A DNA stretch of 64,000 nucleotides from Eledone cirrhosa (Eukaryota), in contig CAXHJY010000096.1 of assembly GCA_964016885.1 (NCBI GenBank), positions 1,550,001 through 1,614,000 of the forward strand, written 5' to 3'. Of this stretch, positions 10,701-25,100 are shown in pieces. Below the pieces are notes generated by a model. That model ran no database searches. It saw only the letters and a list, made by a program, of their open reading frames with translations, and was not told the origin of the DNA. A program made the translations under genes and the position numbers. The stretch's first letter is position 1; each line of letters starts with the position of its first letter.

Positions 10701-13700
10701 GAGATAATTTGTAAAAAAAATGAAAGGGGAGATAATATCCAGCCGTCCAAGGGGAGATAATTTCCAGCCGTCCAAGGGGAGATAATTTCCAGCCGTCCAA
10801 GGGGAGATAATTTCCATCCTTCCAAGGGGATATAATTTCCAGCCGTCCAAGGGGAGATAATTTCCATCCTTCCAAGGGGATATAATTTCCAGCCGTCCAA
10901 GGGGAGATAATTTTCAGCCGTCCAAGGAGAGGTAATTTCTAGCCGTCCAAGGAGAGATAATTTCCAGCCGTCCAAGGGGAGATAATTTCCAGCCGTCCAA
11001 GGGGAGATAATTTCCAGCCGTCCAAGGAGACATATTTTCCAGCCGTCCAAGGAGAGGTAATTCCTAGCCGTCCAAGGGGAGATAAATTCCAGCCTCCAAG
11101 GGGAGATAATTTCCAGCCAGCCAAGGGGAGATAATTTGTAAAAAAAATCAGGGGGAGATAATTTGTAAAAAAAATCAGGGGGAGATAATTTGTAAAGAAA
11201 TCAGGGGGAGATAATTTGTAAAAAAAATCAGGGGGAGATAATTTGTAAAAAAAATCAGGGGGAGATAATTTGTAAAAAAAAATCAGGGGGAGATAATTTG
11301 TAAAAAAAATCAAGGGGAGATAATTTCCAGCCGTCCAAGGGAAGATAATTTCCAGCCCTCCAAGGGGCTATAATTTCCAGCGTCCAAGGGGAGATAATTT
11401 CCAGCCAGCGAAGGGGAGATAATTTTTTTAAAAAAATCATTGGGAGATTTGTAAAAAAATCAGGGGGAGATAATTTGTAAAAAAAATCAAGGGGAGATAA
11501 TTTCCAGCCGTCCAAGGGGAGGTAATATCTAGCCGTCCAAGGGGTGATAATTTCCAGCCGTCCAAGGGGAGATAATTTCCAGCCGTCCAAGGGTAGATAA
11601 TATCCAGCCGTCCAAGGACATATTTTCCAGCCGTCCAAGGAGAGGTAATTTCTAGCCGTCCAAGGGGAGATAAATTCCAGCCTCCAAGGTGAGATAATTT
11701 CCAGCCAGCCAAGGGGAGATAATTTGTAAAAAAATCAGGGGGAGATAATTTGTAAAAAAAATCAGGGGGAGATAATTTGTAAAAAAAAATCAGGGGGAGA
11801 TAATTTGTAAAAAAAATCAAGGGGAGATAATTTCCAGCCGTCCAAGGGGAGATAATTTTCAGCCGTCCAAGGGGAGATAATTTCCCGCCAGCCAAGGGAA
11901 GATAATATTTAAAAAAATCAGGCGGAGATAATTTGTAAAAAAAATCAGGGGGAGATAATTTGTAAAAAAATCAGGGGGAGATAATTTGTAAAAAAAAAAT
12001 CAGGGGGAGATAATTTGTAAAAAAAATCAGGGGGAGATAATTTGTAAAAAAAAATCAGGGGTAGATGAATTGTAAAAAAAAATCAGGGGGAGATAATTTG
12101 TAAAAAAAATCAGGGGGAGATAATTTGTAAAAAAAATGAAAGGGGAGATAATATCCAGCCGTCCAAGGGGAGATAATTTCCAGCCGTCCAAGGGGAGATA
12201 ATTTCCAGCCGTCCAAGGGGAGATAATTTCCATCCTTCCAAGGGGATATAATTTCCAGCCGTCCAAGGGGAGATAATTTCCCGCCAGCCAAGGGAAGATA
12301 ATATTTAAAAAAATTAGGCGGAGATAATTTGTAAAAAAAATCAGGGGGAGATAATTTGTAAAAAATCAGGGGGAGATAATTTGTAAAAAAAATCAGGGGG
12401 AGATAATTTGTAAAAAAAATCATGGGGAGATAATTTGTAAAAAAAAATCAGGGGTAGATAATTTGTAAAAAAAAATCAGGGGGAGATAATTTGTAAAAAA
12501 AAATCAGGGGGAGATAATTTGTAAAAAAAAATCAAGGGGAGATAATTTCCAGCCGTCCAAGGGGAGATAATTTTCAGCCGTCCAAGGAGAGGTAATTTCT
12601 AGCCGTCCAAGGGGAGATAATTTCCAGCCGTCCAAGGGGAGGTAATTTCCAGCCGTCCAAGGGGAGATAATTTAAAAAAAAAAATCAGGCGGAGATAATT
12701 TGTAAAAAAAATCAAGGGGAGATAATTTGCAGCCGTCCAAGGGGAGATAATTTTCAGTCGTCCAAGGAGAGGTAATTTCTAGCCGTCCAAGGGGAGATAA
12801 TTGCCAGCCGTCCAAGGGGAGATAATTTCCAGCCGTCCAAGGGGAGATAATTTTTTTTTAAAAATCAGGCGGAGATAATTTGTAAAAAAAATCAGGGGGA
12901 GATAATTTGTAAACAAAATCAGGGGGAGATAATTTGTAAAAAAAAATCAGGGGTAGATAATTTGTAAAAAAAAATCAGGGGGAGATAATTTGTAAAAAAA
13001 AATCAGGGGGAGATAATTTGTAAAAAAAATCAAGGGGAGATAATTTCCAGCCGTCCAAGGGGAGATAATTTCCAGCCGTCCAAGGGGAGATAATTTCCAG
13101 CCGTCCAAGGAGACATATTTTCCAGCCGTCCAAGGCGAGGTAATTTCTAGCCGTCCAAGGGGAGATAAATTCCAGCCTCCAAGGGGAGATAATTTCCAGC
13201 CAGCCAAGGGGAGATAATTTGTAAAAAAATCAGGGGGAGATAATTTGTAAAAAATATCAGGGAGATAATTTGTAAAAAAAAATCAGGGGGAGATAATTTG
13301 TAAAAAAAATCAGGGGGAGATAATTTGTAAAAAAAAATCAGGGGGAGATAATTTGTAAAAAAAATCAAGGGGAGATAATTTCCAGCCGTCCAAGGGGAGA
13401 TAATTTTCAGCCGTCCAAAGAGAGGTAATTTCTAACCGTCCGAGGAGAGATAATTTCCAGCCGTCCAAGGGGAGATAATTTCCAGCCGTCCAAGGGGAGA
13501 TAATTTCCAGCCGTCCAAGGAGACATATTTTCCAGCCGTCCAAGGAGAGGTAATTTCTAGCCGTCCAAGGGGAGATAAATTCCAGCCTCCAAGGGGAGAT
13601 AATTTCCAGCCAGCCAAATGGAGATAATTTGTAAAAAAATCAGGGGGAGATAATTTGCAAAAAAATCAGGGGGAGATAATTTGTAAAAAATAATCAGGGG

Positions 13701-16700
13701 GAGATAATTTCCAGCCGTCCAAGGGGAGATAATTTAAAAAAAAATCAGGCGGAGATAATTTGTAAAAAAAAATCAGGGGGAGATAATTTGTAAAAAAAAA
13801 TCAGGGGGAGATAATTTGTAAAAAAAATCAAGGGGAGATAATTTCCAGCCGTCCAAGGGAAGATAATTTCCAGCCCTCCAAGGGGCTATAATTTCCAGTG
13901 TCCAAGGGGAGATAATTTCCAGCCAGCGAAGGGGAGATAATTTTTTTTAAAAAATCATTGGGAGATTTGTAAAAAAAATCAGGGGGAGATAATTTGTAAA
14001 AAAAATCAAGGGGAGATAATTTCCAGCCGTCCAAGGGGAGGTAATATCTAGCCGTCCAAGGGGAGATAATTTCCAGCCGTCCAAGGGGAGATAATTTCCA
14101 GCCGTCCCAGGGTAGATAATATCCAGCCGCCCAAGGACATATTTTCCAGCCGTCCAAGGAGAGGTAATTTCTAGCCGTCCAAGGGGAGATAAATTCCAGC
14201 CTCCAAGGGGAGATAATTTCCAGCCAGCCAAGGGGAGATAATTTGTAAAAAAATCAGGGGGAGATAATTTGTAAAAAAAATCAGGGGGAGATAATTTGTA
14301 AAAAAAAATCAGGGGGAGATAATTTGTAAAAAAAAATCAGGGGGAGATAATTTGCAAAAAAAATCAGGGGGAGATAATTTGTAAAAAAAAATCAGGGGTA
14401 GATAATTTGTAAAAAAAAATCAGGGGGAGATAATTTGTAAAAAAAAATCAGGGGGAGATAATTTGTAAAAAAAATCAAGGGGAGATAATTTCCAGCCGTC
14501 CAAGGAGAGATAATTTTAAAAAAAATCAGGCGGAGATAATTTGTAAAAAAAAATCAGGGGGAGATAATTTGTAAAAAAAATCAGGGGGAGATAATTTGTA
14601 AAAAAAAATCAGGGGTAGATAATTTGTAAAAAAAATCAGGGGGAGATAATTTGTAAAAAAAAATCAGGGGGAGATAATTTGTAAAAAAAATCAAGGGGAG
14701 ATAATTTCCAGCCGTCCAAGGAGAGATAATTTTAAAAAAAATCAGGCGGAGATAATTTGTAAAAAAAAATTAGGGGGAGATAATTTGTAAAAAAAAATCA
14801 GGGGGAGATAATTTGTAAAAAAAATCAAGGGGAGATAATTTCCAGCCGTCCAAGGGGAGATAATTTTCAGCCGTCCAAGGGGAGATAATTTCCCGCCAGC
14901 CAAGGGAAGATAATATTCAAAAAAATCAGGCGAAGATAGTTTGTAAAAAAAATCAGGGGGAGATAATTTGTAAAAAAATCAGGGGGAGATAATTTGTAAA
15001 AAAAATGAAAGGGGAGATAATATCCAGCCGTCCAAGGGGAGATAATTTCCAGCCGTCCAAGGGGAGATAATTTCCAGCCGTCCAAGGGGAGATAATTTCC
15101 ATCCTTCCAAGGGGATATAATTTCCAGCCGTCCAAGGGGAGATAATTTCCATCCTTCCAAGGGGATATAATTTCCAGCCGTCCAAGGGGAGATAATTTTC
15201 AGCCGTCCAAGGAGAGGTAATTTCTAGCCGTCCAAGGAGAGATAATTTCCAGCCGTCCAAGGGGAGATAATTTCCAGCCGTCCAAGGGGAGATAATTTCC
15301 AGCCGTCCAAGGAGACATATTTTCCAGCCGTCCAAGGAGAGGTAATTCCTAGCCGTCCAAGGGGAGATAATTTCCAGCCCTCCAAGGGGCTATAATTTCC
15401 AGCGTCCAAGGGGAGATAATTTCCAGCCAGCGAAGGGGAGATAATTTTTTTAAAAAAATCATTGGGAGATTTGTAAAAAAAATCAGGGGGAGATAATTTG
15501 TAAAAAAAATCAAGGGGAGATAATTTCCAGCCGTCCAAGGGGAGGTAATATCTAGCCGTCCAAGGGGAGATAATTTCCAGCCGTCCAAGGGGAGATAATT
15601 TCCAGCCGTCCAAGGGTAGATAATATCCAGCCGTCCAAGGACATATTTTCCAGCCGTCCAAGGAGAGGTAATTTCTAGCCGTCCAAGGGGAGATAAATTC
15701 CAGCCTCCAAGGTGAGATAATTTCCAGCCAGCCAAGGGGAGATAATTTGTAAAAAAATCAGGGGGAGATAATTTGTAAAAAAAATCAGGGGGAGATAATT
15801 TGTAAAAAAAAATCAGGGGGAGATAATTTGTAAAAAAAAATCAGGGGGAGATAATTTGTAAAAAAAAATCAGGGGGAGATAATTTGTAAAAAAATCAAGG
15901 GGAGATAATTTCCAGCCGTCCAAGGGGAGATAATTTTCAGCCGTCCAAGGGGAGATAATTTCCCGCCAGCCAAGGGAAGATAATATTTGAAAAAATCAGG
16001 CGGAGATAATTTGTAAAAAAAATCAGGGGGAGATAATTTGTAAAAAAATCAGGGGGAGATAATTTGTAAAAAAAAAATCAGGGGGAGATAATTTGTAAAA
16101 AGAATCAGGGGGAGATAATTTGTAAAAAAAAATCAGGGGTAGATAAATTGTAAAAAAAAATCAGGGGGAGATAATTTGTAAAAAAAATCAGGGGGAGATA
16201 ATTTGTAAAAAAAATGAAAGGGGAGATAATATCCAGCCGTCCAAGGGGAGATAATTTCCAGCCGTCCAAGGGGAGATAATTTCCAGCCGTCCAAGGGGAG
16301 ATAATTTCCATCCTTCCAAGGGGATATAATTTCCAGCCGTCCAAGGGGAGATAATTTCCCGCCAGCCAAGGGAAGATAATTTTTAAAAAAATCAGGCGGA
16401 GATTGTAAAAAAAATCAGGGGGGAGATAATTTGTAAAAAAATCAGGGGGAGATAATTTGTAAAAAAAATCAGGGGGAGATAATTTGTAAAAAATAATCAG
16501 GGGGAGATAATTTGTAAAAAAAAATCAAGGGGAGATAATTTCCAGCCGTCCAAGGGGAGATAATTTCCCGCCAGCCAAGGGAAGATAATATTTAAAAAAA
16601 TTAGGCGGAGATAATTTGTAAAAAAAATCAGGGGGAGATAATTTGTAAAAAAATCAGGGGGAGATAATTTGTAAAAAAAATCAGGGGGAGATAATTTGTA

Positions 16701-17479
16701 AAAAAATTCATGGGGAGATAATTTGTAAAAAAAAATCAGGGGTAGATAATTTGTAAAAAATAATCAGGGGGAGATAATTTGTAAAAAAAAATCAGGGGGA
16801 GATAATTTGTAAAAAAAATCAAGGGGAGATAATTTCCAGCCGTCCAAGGGGAGATAATTTTCAGCCGTCCAAGGAGAGGTAATTTCTAGCCGTCCAAGGG
16901 GAGATAATTTCCAGCCGTCCAAGGGGAGGTAATTTCCAGCCGTCCAAGGGTAGATAATTTAAAAAAAAAAATCAGGCGGAGATAATTTGTAAAAAAAATC
17001 AAGGGGAGATAATTTGCAGCCGTCCAAGGGGAGATAATTTTCAGTCGTCCAAGGAGAGGTAATTTCTAGCCGTCCAAGGGGAGATAATTTCCAGCCGTCC
17101 AAGGGGAGATAATTTTTTTTAAAAAATCAGGCGGAGATAATTTGTAAAAAAAATCAGGGGGAGATAATTTGTAAACAAAATCAGGGGGAGATAATTTGTA
17201 AAAAAAAATCAGGGGGAGATAATTTGTAAAAAAAATCATGGAGAGATAATTTCCAGCCGTCCAAGGTGAGATAATTTCCAGCCGTCCAAGGAGACATATT
17301 TTCCAGCCGTCCAAGGCGAGGTAATTTCTAGCCGTCCAAGGGGAGATAAATTCCAGCCTCCAAGGGGAGATAATTTCCAGCTAGCCAAGTGGAGATAATT
17401 TGTAAAAAAATCAGGGGGAGATAATTTGTAAAAAATATCAGGGAGATAATTTGTAAAAAAAAATCAGGGGGAGATAATT

Positions 17480-20400
17480 TGTAAAAAAAAATCAGGGGTA
17501 GATAATTTGTAAAAAAAAATCAGGGGGGAGATAATTTGTAAAAAAAATCAAGGGGAGATAATTTCCAGCCGTCCAAGGGAAGATAATTTCCAGCCCTCCA
17601 AGGGGCTATAATTTCCAGCGTCCAAGGGGAGATAATTTCCAGCCAGCGAAGGGGAGATAATTTTTTAAAAAAAATCATTGGGAGATTTGTAAAAAAAATC
17701 AGGGGGAGATAATTTGTAAAAAAAATCAAGGGGAGATAATTTCCAGCCGTCCAAGGGGAGGTAATATCTAGCCGTCCAAGGGTAGATAATTTCCAGCCGT
17801 CCAACGGGAGATAATTTCCAGCCGTCCAAGGGTAGATAATATCCAGCCGCCCAAGGACATATTTTCCAGCCGTCCAAGGAGAGGTAATTTCTAGCCGTCC
17901 AAGGGGAGATAATTTCCAGCCGTCCAAGGGTAGATAATATCCAGCCGTCCAAGGACATATTTTCCAGCCGTCCAAGGAGAGGTAATTTCTAGCCGTCCAA
18001 GGGGAGATAAATTCCAGCCTCCAAGGGGAGATAATTTCCAGCCAGCCAAGGGGAGATAATTTGTAAAAAAATCAGGGGGAGATAATTTGTAAAAAAAATC
18101 AGGGGGAGATAATTTGTAAAAAAAAATCAGGGGGAGATAATTTGTAAAAAAAAATCAGGGGGAGATAATTTGCAAAAAAAATCAGGGGGAGATAATTTGT
18201 AAAAAAAAATCAGGGGTAGATAATTTGTAAAAAAAAATCAGGGGGAGATAATTTGTAAAAAAAAATCAGGGGGAGATAATTTGTAAAAAAAATCAAGGGG
18301 AGATAATTTCCAGCCGTCCAAGGAGAGATAATTTAAAAAAAAATCAGGCGGAGATAATTTGTAAAAAAAAATCAGGGGGAGATAATTTGTAAAAAAAAAT
18401 CAGGGGGAGATAATTTGTAAAAAAAAATCAGGGGGAGATAATTTGTAAAAAAAATCAGGAGGAGATAATTTGTAAAAAAAATCAAGGGGAGATAATTTCC
18501 AGCAGTCCAAGGAGAGATAATTTAAAAAAAAATCAGGCGGAGATAATTTGTAAAAAAAAATCAGGGGGAGATAATTTGTAAAAAAAAATCAGGGGGAGAT
18601 AATTTGTAAAAAAAATCAAGGGGAGATAATTTCCAGCCGTCCAAGGGGAGATAATTTTCAGCCGTCCAAGGGGAGATAATTTCCCGCCAGCCAAGGGAAG
18701 ATAATATTCAAAAAAATCAGACGGAGATAATTTGTAAAAAAAATCAGGGGGAGATAATTTGTAAAAAAATCAGGGGGAGATAATTTGTAAAAAAAAAAAT
18801 CAGGGGGAGATAATTTTAAAAAAAAATCAGGGGGAGATAATTTGTAAAAAAAAATCAGGGGTAGATAATTTGTAAAAAATAATCAGGGGGAGATAATTTG
18901 TAAAAAAAATCAAGGGGAGATAATTTCCAGCCGTCCAAGGGGAGATAATTTTCAGCCGTCCAAGGGGAGATAATTTCCCGCCAGCCAAGGGAAGATAATA
19001 TTTAAAAAAATTAGGCGGAGATAATTTGTAAAAAAAATCAGGGGGAGATAATTTGTAAAAAAATCAGGGGGAGATAATTTGTAAAAAAAATCAGGGGGAG
19101 ATAATTTGTAAAAAAAATCAGGGGGAGATAATTTGTAAAAAAAAATCAGGGGGAGATAATTTGTAAAAAAAATCAAGGGGAGATAATTTCCAGCCGTCCA
19201 AGGGAAGATAATTTCCAGCCCTCCAAGGGGCTATAATTTCCAGCGTCCAAGGGGAGATAATTTCCAGCCAGCGAAGGGGAGATAATTTTTTTTAAAAAAT
19301 CATTGGGAGATTTGTAAAAAAAATCAGGGGGAGATAATTTGTAAAAAAAATCAAGGGGAGATAATTTCCAGCCGTCCAAGGGGAGGTAATATCTAGCCGT
19401 CCAAGGGGAGATAATTTCCAGCCGTCCAAGGGGAGATAATTTCCAGCCGTCCAAGGGTAGATAATATCCAGCCGTCCAAGGACATATTTTCCAGCCGTCC
19501 AAGGAGAGGTAATTTCTAGCCGTCCAAGGGGAGATAAATTCCAGCCTCCAAGGTGAGATAATTTCCAGCCAGCCAAGGGGAGATAATTTGTAAAAAAATC
19601 AGGGGGAGATAATTTGTAAAAAAAATCAGGGGGAGATAATTTGTAAAAAAAAATCAGGGGGAGATAATTTGTAAAAAAAATCAGGGGGAGATAATTTGTA
19701 AAAAAAAATCAGGGGGAGATAATTTGTAAAAGAAATCAAGGGGAGATAATTTCCAGCCGTCCAAGGGGAGATAATTTCCCGCCAGCCAAGGGAAGATAAT
19801 ATTTAAAAAAATCAGGCGGAGATAATTTGTAAAAAAAATCAGGGGGAGATAATTTGTAAAAAAATCAGGGGGAGATAATTTGTAAAAAAAAAATCAGGGG
19901 GAGATAATTTGTAAAAAAAATCAGGGGGAGATAATTTGTAAAAAAAAATCAGGGGTAGATAAATTGTAAAAAAAAATCAGGGGGAGATAATTTGTAAAAA
20001 AAATCAGGGGGAGATAATTTGTAAAAAAAATGAAAGGGGAGATAATATCCAGCCGTCCAAGGGGAGATAATTTCCAGCCGTCCAAGGGGAGATAATTTCC
20101 AGCCGTCCAAGGGGAGATAATTTCCATCCTTCCAAGGGGATATAATTTCCAGCCGTCCAAGGGGAGATAATTTCCCGCCAGCCAAGGGAAGATAATTTTT
20201 AAAAAAATCAGGCGGAGATTGTAAAAAAAATCAGGGGGGAGATAATTTGTAAAAAAATCAGGGGGAGATAATTTGTAAAAAAAAATCAGGGGGAGATAAT
20301 TTGTAAAAAATAATCAGGGGGAGATAATTTGTAAAAAAAAATCAAGGGGAGATAATTTCCAGCCGTCCAAGGGGAGGTAATATCTAGCCGTCCAAGGGGA

Positions 20401-22190
20401 GATAATTTCCAGCCGTCCAACGGGAGATAATTTCCAGCCGTCCATGGGTAGATAATATCCAGCCGCCCAAGGACATATTTTCCAGCCGTCCAAGGAGAGG
20501 TAATTTCTAGCCGTCCAAGGGGAGATAATTACAGCCGTCCAAGGGTAGATAATATCCAGCCGTCCAAGGACATATTTTCCAGCCGTCCAAGGAGAGGTAA
20601 TTTCTAGCCGTCCAAGGGGAGATAAATTCCAGCCTCCAAGGGGAGATAATTTCCAGCCAGCCAAGGGGAGATAATTTGTAAAAAAATCAGGGGGAGATAA
20701 TTTGTAAAAAAAATCAGGGGGAGATAATTTGTAAAAAAAAATCAGGGGGAGATAATTTGTAAAAAAAAATCAGGGGGAGATAATTTGCAAAAAAAATCAG
20801 GGGGAGATAATTTGTAAAAAAAAATCAGGGGTAGATAATTTGTAAAAAAAAATCAGGGGGAGATAATTTGTAAAAAAAAATCAGGGGGAGATAATTTGTA
20901 AAAAAAATCAAGGGGAGATAATTTCCAGCCGTCCAAGGGAAGATAATTTCCAGCCCTCCAAGGGGCTGTAATTTCCAGCGTCCAAGGGGAGATAATTTCC
21001 AGCCAGCGAAGGGGAGATAATTTTTTTTAAAAAATCATTGGGAGATTTGTAAAAAAAATCAGGGGGAGATAATTTGTAAAAAAAATCAAGGGGAGATAAT
21101 TTCCAGCCGTCCAAGGGGAGGTAATATCTAGCCGTCCAAGGGGAGATAATTTCCAGCCGTCCAACGGGAGATAATTTCCAGCCGTCCATGGGTAGATAAT
21201 ATCCAGCCGCCCAAGGACATATTTTCCAGCCGTCCAAGGAGAGGTAATTTCTAGCCGTCCAAGGGGAGATAATTTCCAGCCGTCCAAGGGTAGATAATAT
21301 CCAGCCGTCCAAGGACATATTTTCCAGCCGTCCAAGGAGAGGTAATTTCTAGCCGTCCAAGGGGAGATAAATTCCAGCCTCCAAGGGGAGATAATTTCCA
21401 GCCAGCCAAGGGGAGATAATTTGTAAAAAAATCAGGGGGAGATAATTTGTAAAAAAAATCAGGGGGAGATAATTTGTAAAAAAAAATCAGGGGGAGATAA
21501 TTTGTAAAAAAAAATCAGGGGGAGAAAATTTGCAAAAAAAATCAGGGAGAGATAATTTGTAAAAAAAAATCAGGGGTAGATAATTTGTAAAAAAAAATCA
21601 GGGGGAGATAATTTGTAAAAAAAAATCAGGGGGAGATAATTTGTAAAAAAAATCAAGGGGAGATAATTTCCAGCCGTCCAAGGAGAGATAATTTTAAAAA
21701 AAATCAGGCGGAGATAATTTGTAAAAAAAATCAGGGGGAGATAATTTGTAAAAAAAATCAGGGGGAGATAATTTGTAAAAAAAAATCAGGGGTAGATAAT
21801 TTGTAAAAAAAAATCAGGGGGAGATAATTTGTAAAAAAAAATCAGGGGGAGATAATTTGTAAAAAAAATCAAGGGGAGATAATTTCCAGCCGTCCAAGGA
21901 GAGATAATTTAAAAAAAAATCAGGGGGAGATAATTTGTAAAAAAAATCAAGGGGAGATAATTTCCAGCCGTCCAAGGGGAGATAATTTTCAGCCGTCCAA
22001 GGGGAGATAATTTCCCGCCAGCCAAGGGAAGATAATATTCAAAAAAATCAGGCGGAGATAATTTGTAAAAAAAATCAGGGGGAGATAATTTGTAAAAAAA
22101 TCAGGGGGAGATAATTTGTAAAAAAAAAATCAGGGGGAGATAATTTGTAAAAAAAATCAGGGGGAGATAATTTGTAAAAAAAAATCAGGG
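17480..22190 (+). repeat. Long-range duplicate of about 5,420-10,640 (offsets 12,057, then 11,492, then 11,548)
   Basis: Shared private variants: CAGACGGAG (6661/18718), CCATGG (8894/20442 and 9638/21186), TTACAGCC (~8981/~20529). ORF offsets 5608/17665, 7460/18952 and 8766/20314. Confidence 0.9.
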
Positions 22191-25100
22191 GTAGATAATT
22201 TGTAAACAAATATCAGGGGGAGATAATTTGTAAAAAAAAATCAGGGGGAGATAATTTGTAAAAAAAATGAAAGGGGAGATAATATCCAGCCGTCCAAGGG
22301 GAGATAATTTCCAGCCGTCCAAGGGGATATAATTTCCAGCCGTCCAAGGGGAGATAATTTCCATCCTTCCAAGGGGATATAATTTCCAGCCGTCCAAGGG
22401 GAGATAATTTCCCGCCAGCCAAGGGAAGATAATTTTTAAAAAAATCAGGCGGAGATTGTAAAAAAAATCAGGGGGGAGATAATTTGTAAAAAAATCAGGG
22501 GGAGATAATTTGTAAAAAAAATCAGGGGGAGATAATTTGTAAAAAATAATCAGGGGGAGATAATTTGTAAAAAAATTCAAGGGGAGATAATTTCCAGCCG
22601 TCCAAGGGGAGATAATTTCCCGCCAGCCAAGGGAAGATAATATTTAAAAAAATCAGGCGGAGATTGTAAAAAAAATCAGGGGGGAGATAATTTGTAAAAA
22701 AATCAGGGGGAGATAATTTGTAAAAAAAATCAGGGGGAGATAATTTGTAAAAAAATCAGGGGGAGATAATTTGTAAAAAAAATCAGGGGGAGATAATTTG
22801 TAAAAAAAATCATGGGGAGATAATTTGTAAAAAGAAATCAGGGGTAGATAATTTGTAAAAAAAAATCAGGGGGAGATAATTTGTAAAAAAAAATCAGGGG
22901 GAGATAATTTGTAAAAAAAATCAAGGGGAGATAATATCCAGCCGTCCAAGGAGAGATAATTTTAAAAAAAAATGAGGCGGAGATAATTTGTAAAAAAAAA
23001 ATCAGGGGGAGTTAATTTGTAAAAAAAAATGAGGGGGAGATAATTTGTAAAAAAATCAAGGGGAGATAATTTCCAGCCGTCCAAGGGGAGATAATTTTCA
23101 GCCGTCCAAGGAGAGGTAATTTCTAGCCGTCCAAGGGGAGATAATTTCCAGCCGTCCAAGGGGAGGTAATTTCCAGCCGTCCAAGGGGAGATAATTTTAA
23201 AAAAAAAATCAGGCGGAGATAATTTGTAAAAAAAATCAAGGGGAGATAATTTGCAGCCGTCCAAGGGGAGATAATTTTCAGTCGTCCAAGGAGAGGTAAT
23301 TTCTAGCCGTCCAAGGGGAGATAATTTCCAGCCGTCCAAGGGGAGATAATTTCCAGCCGTCCAAGGGGAGATAATTTTTTTTAAAAAATCAGGCGGAGAT
23401 AATTTGTAAAAAAAATCAGGGGGAGATAATTTGTAAACAAAATCAGGGGGAGATAATTTGTAAAAAAAAATCAGGGGGAGATAATTTGTAAAAAAAATTA
23501 GGCGTAGATAATTTGTAAAAAAAAATCAGGGGGAGATAATTTGTAAAAAAAAATCAGGGGGAGATAATTTGTTTTAAAAATCAAGGGGAGATAATTTCCA
23601 GCCGTCCAAGGGGAGGTAATATCTAGCCGTCCAAGGGGAGATAATTTCCAGCCGTCCAAGGGGAGATAATTTCCAGCCGTCCAAGGGGAGATAATTTCCA
23701 GCCGTCCAAGGAGACATATTTTCCAGCCGTCCAAGGCGAGGTAATTTCTAGCCGTCCAAGGGGAGATAAATTCCAGCCTCCAAGGGGAGATAATTTCCAG
23801 CCAGCCAAGGGGAGATAATTTGTAAAAAAATCAGGGGGAGATAATTTGTAAAAAATATCAGGGAGATAATTTGTAAAAAAAAATCAGGGGGAGATAATTT
23901 GTAAAAAAAATCAGGGGGAGATAATTTGTAAAAAAAAATCAGGGGGAGATAATTTGTAAAAAAAATCAAGGGGAGATAATTTCCAGCCGTCCAAGGGGAG
24001 ATAATTTTCAGCCGTCCAAAGAGAGGTAATTTCTAACCGTCCGAGGAGAGATAATTTCCAGCCGTCCAAGGGGAGATAATTTCCAGCCGTCCAAGGGGAG
24101 ATAATTTCCAGCCGTCCAAGGAGACATATTTTCCAGCCGTCCAAGGAGAGGTAATTTCTAGCCGTCCAAGGGGAGATAAATTCCAGCCTCCAAGGGGAGA
24201 TAATTTCCAGCCAGCCAAATGGAGATAATTTGTAAAAAAATCAGGGGGAGATAATTTGCAAAAAAAATCAGGGGGAGATAATTTGTAAAAAATAATCAGG
24301 GGGAGATAATTTCCAGCCGTCCAAGGGGAGATAATTTAAAAAAAAATCAGGCGGAGATAATTTGTAAAAAAAAATCAGGGGGAGATAATTTGTAAAAAAA
24401 AATCAGGGGGAGATAATTTGTAAAAAAAATCAAGGGGAGATAATTTCCAGCCGTCCAAGGGAAGATAATTTCCAGCCCTCCAAGGGGCTATAATTTCCAG
24501 TGTCCAAGGGGAGATAATTTCCAGCCAGCGAAGGGGAGATAATTTTTTTTTAAAAATCATTGGGAGATTTGTAAAAAAAATCAGGGGGAGATAATTTGTA
24601 AAAAAAATCAAGGGGAGATAATTTCCAGCCGTCCAAGGGGAGGTAATATCTAGCCGTCCAAGGGGAGATAATTTCCAGCCGTCCAAGGGGAGATAATTTC
24701 CAGCCGTCCCAGGGTAGATAATATCCAGCCGCCCAAGGACATATTTTCCAGCCGTCCAAGGAGAGGTAATTTCTAGCCGTCCAAGGGGAGATAAATTCCA
24801 GCCTCCAAGGGGAGATAATTTCCAGCCAGCCAAGGGGAGATAATTTGTAAAAAAATCAGGGGGAGATAATTTGTAAAAAAAATCAGGGGGAGATAATTTG
24901 TAAAAAAAAATCAGGGGGAGATAATTTGTAAAAAAAAATCAGGGGGAGATAATTTGCAAAAAAAATCAGGGGGAGATAATTTGTAAAAAAAAATCAGGGG
25001 TAGATAATTTGTAAAAAAAAATCAGGGGGAGATAATTTGTAAAAAAAAATCAGGGGGAGATAATTTGTAAAAAAAATCAAGGGGAGATAATTTCCAGCCG

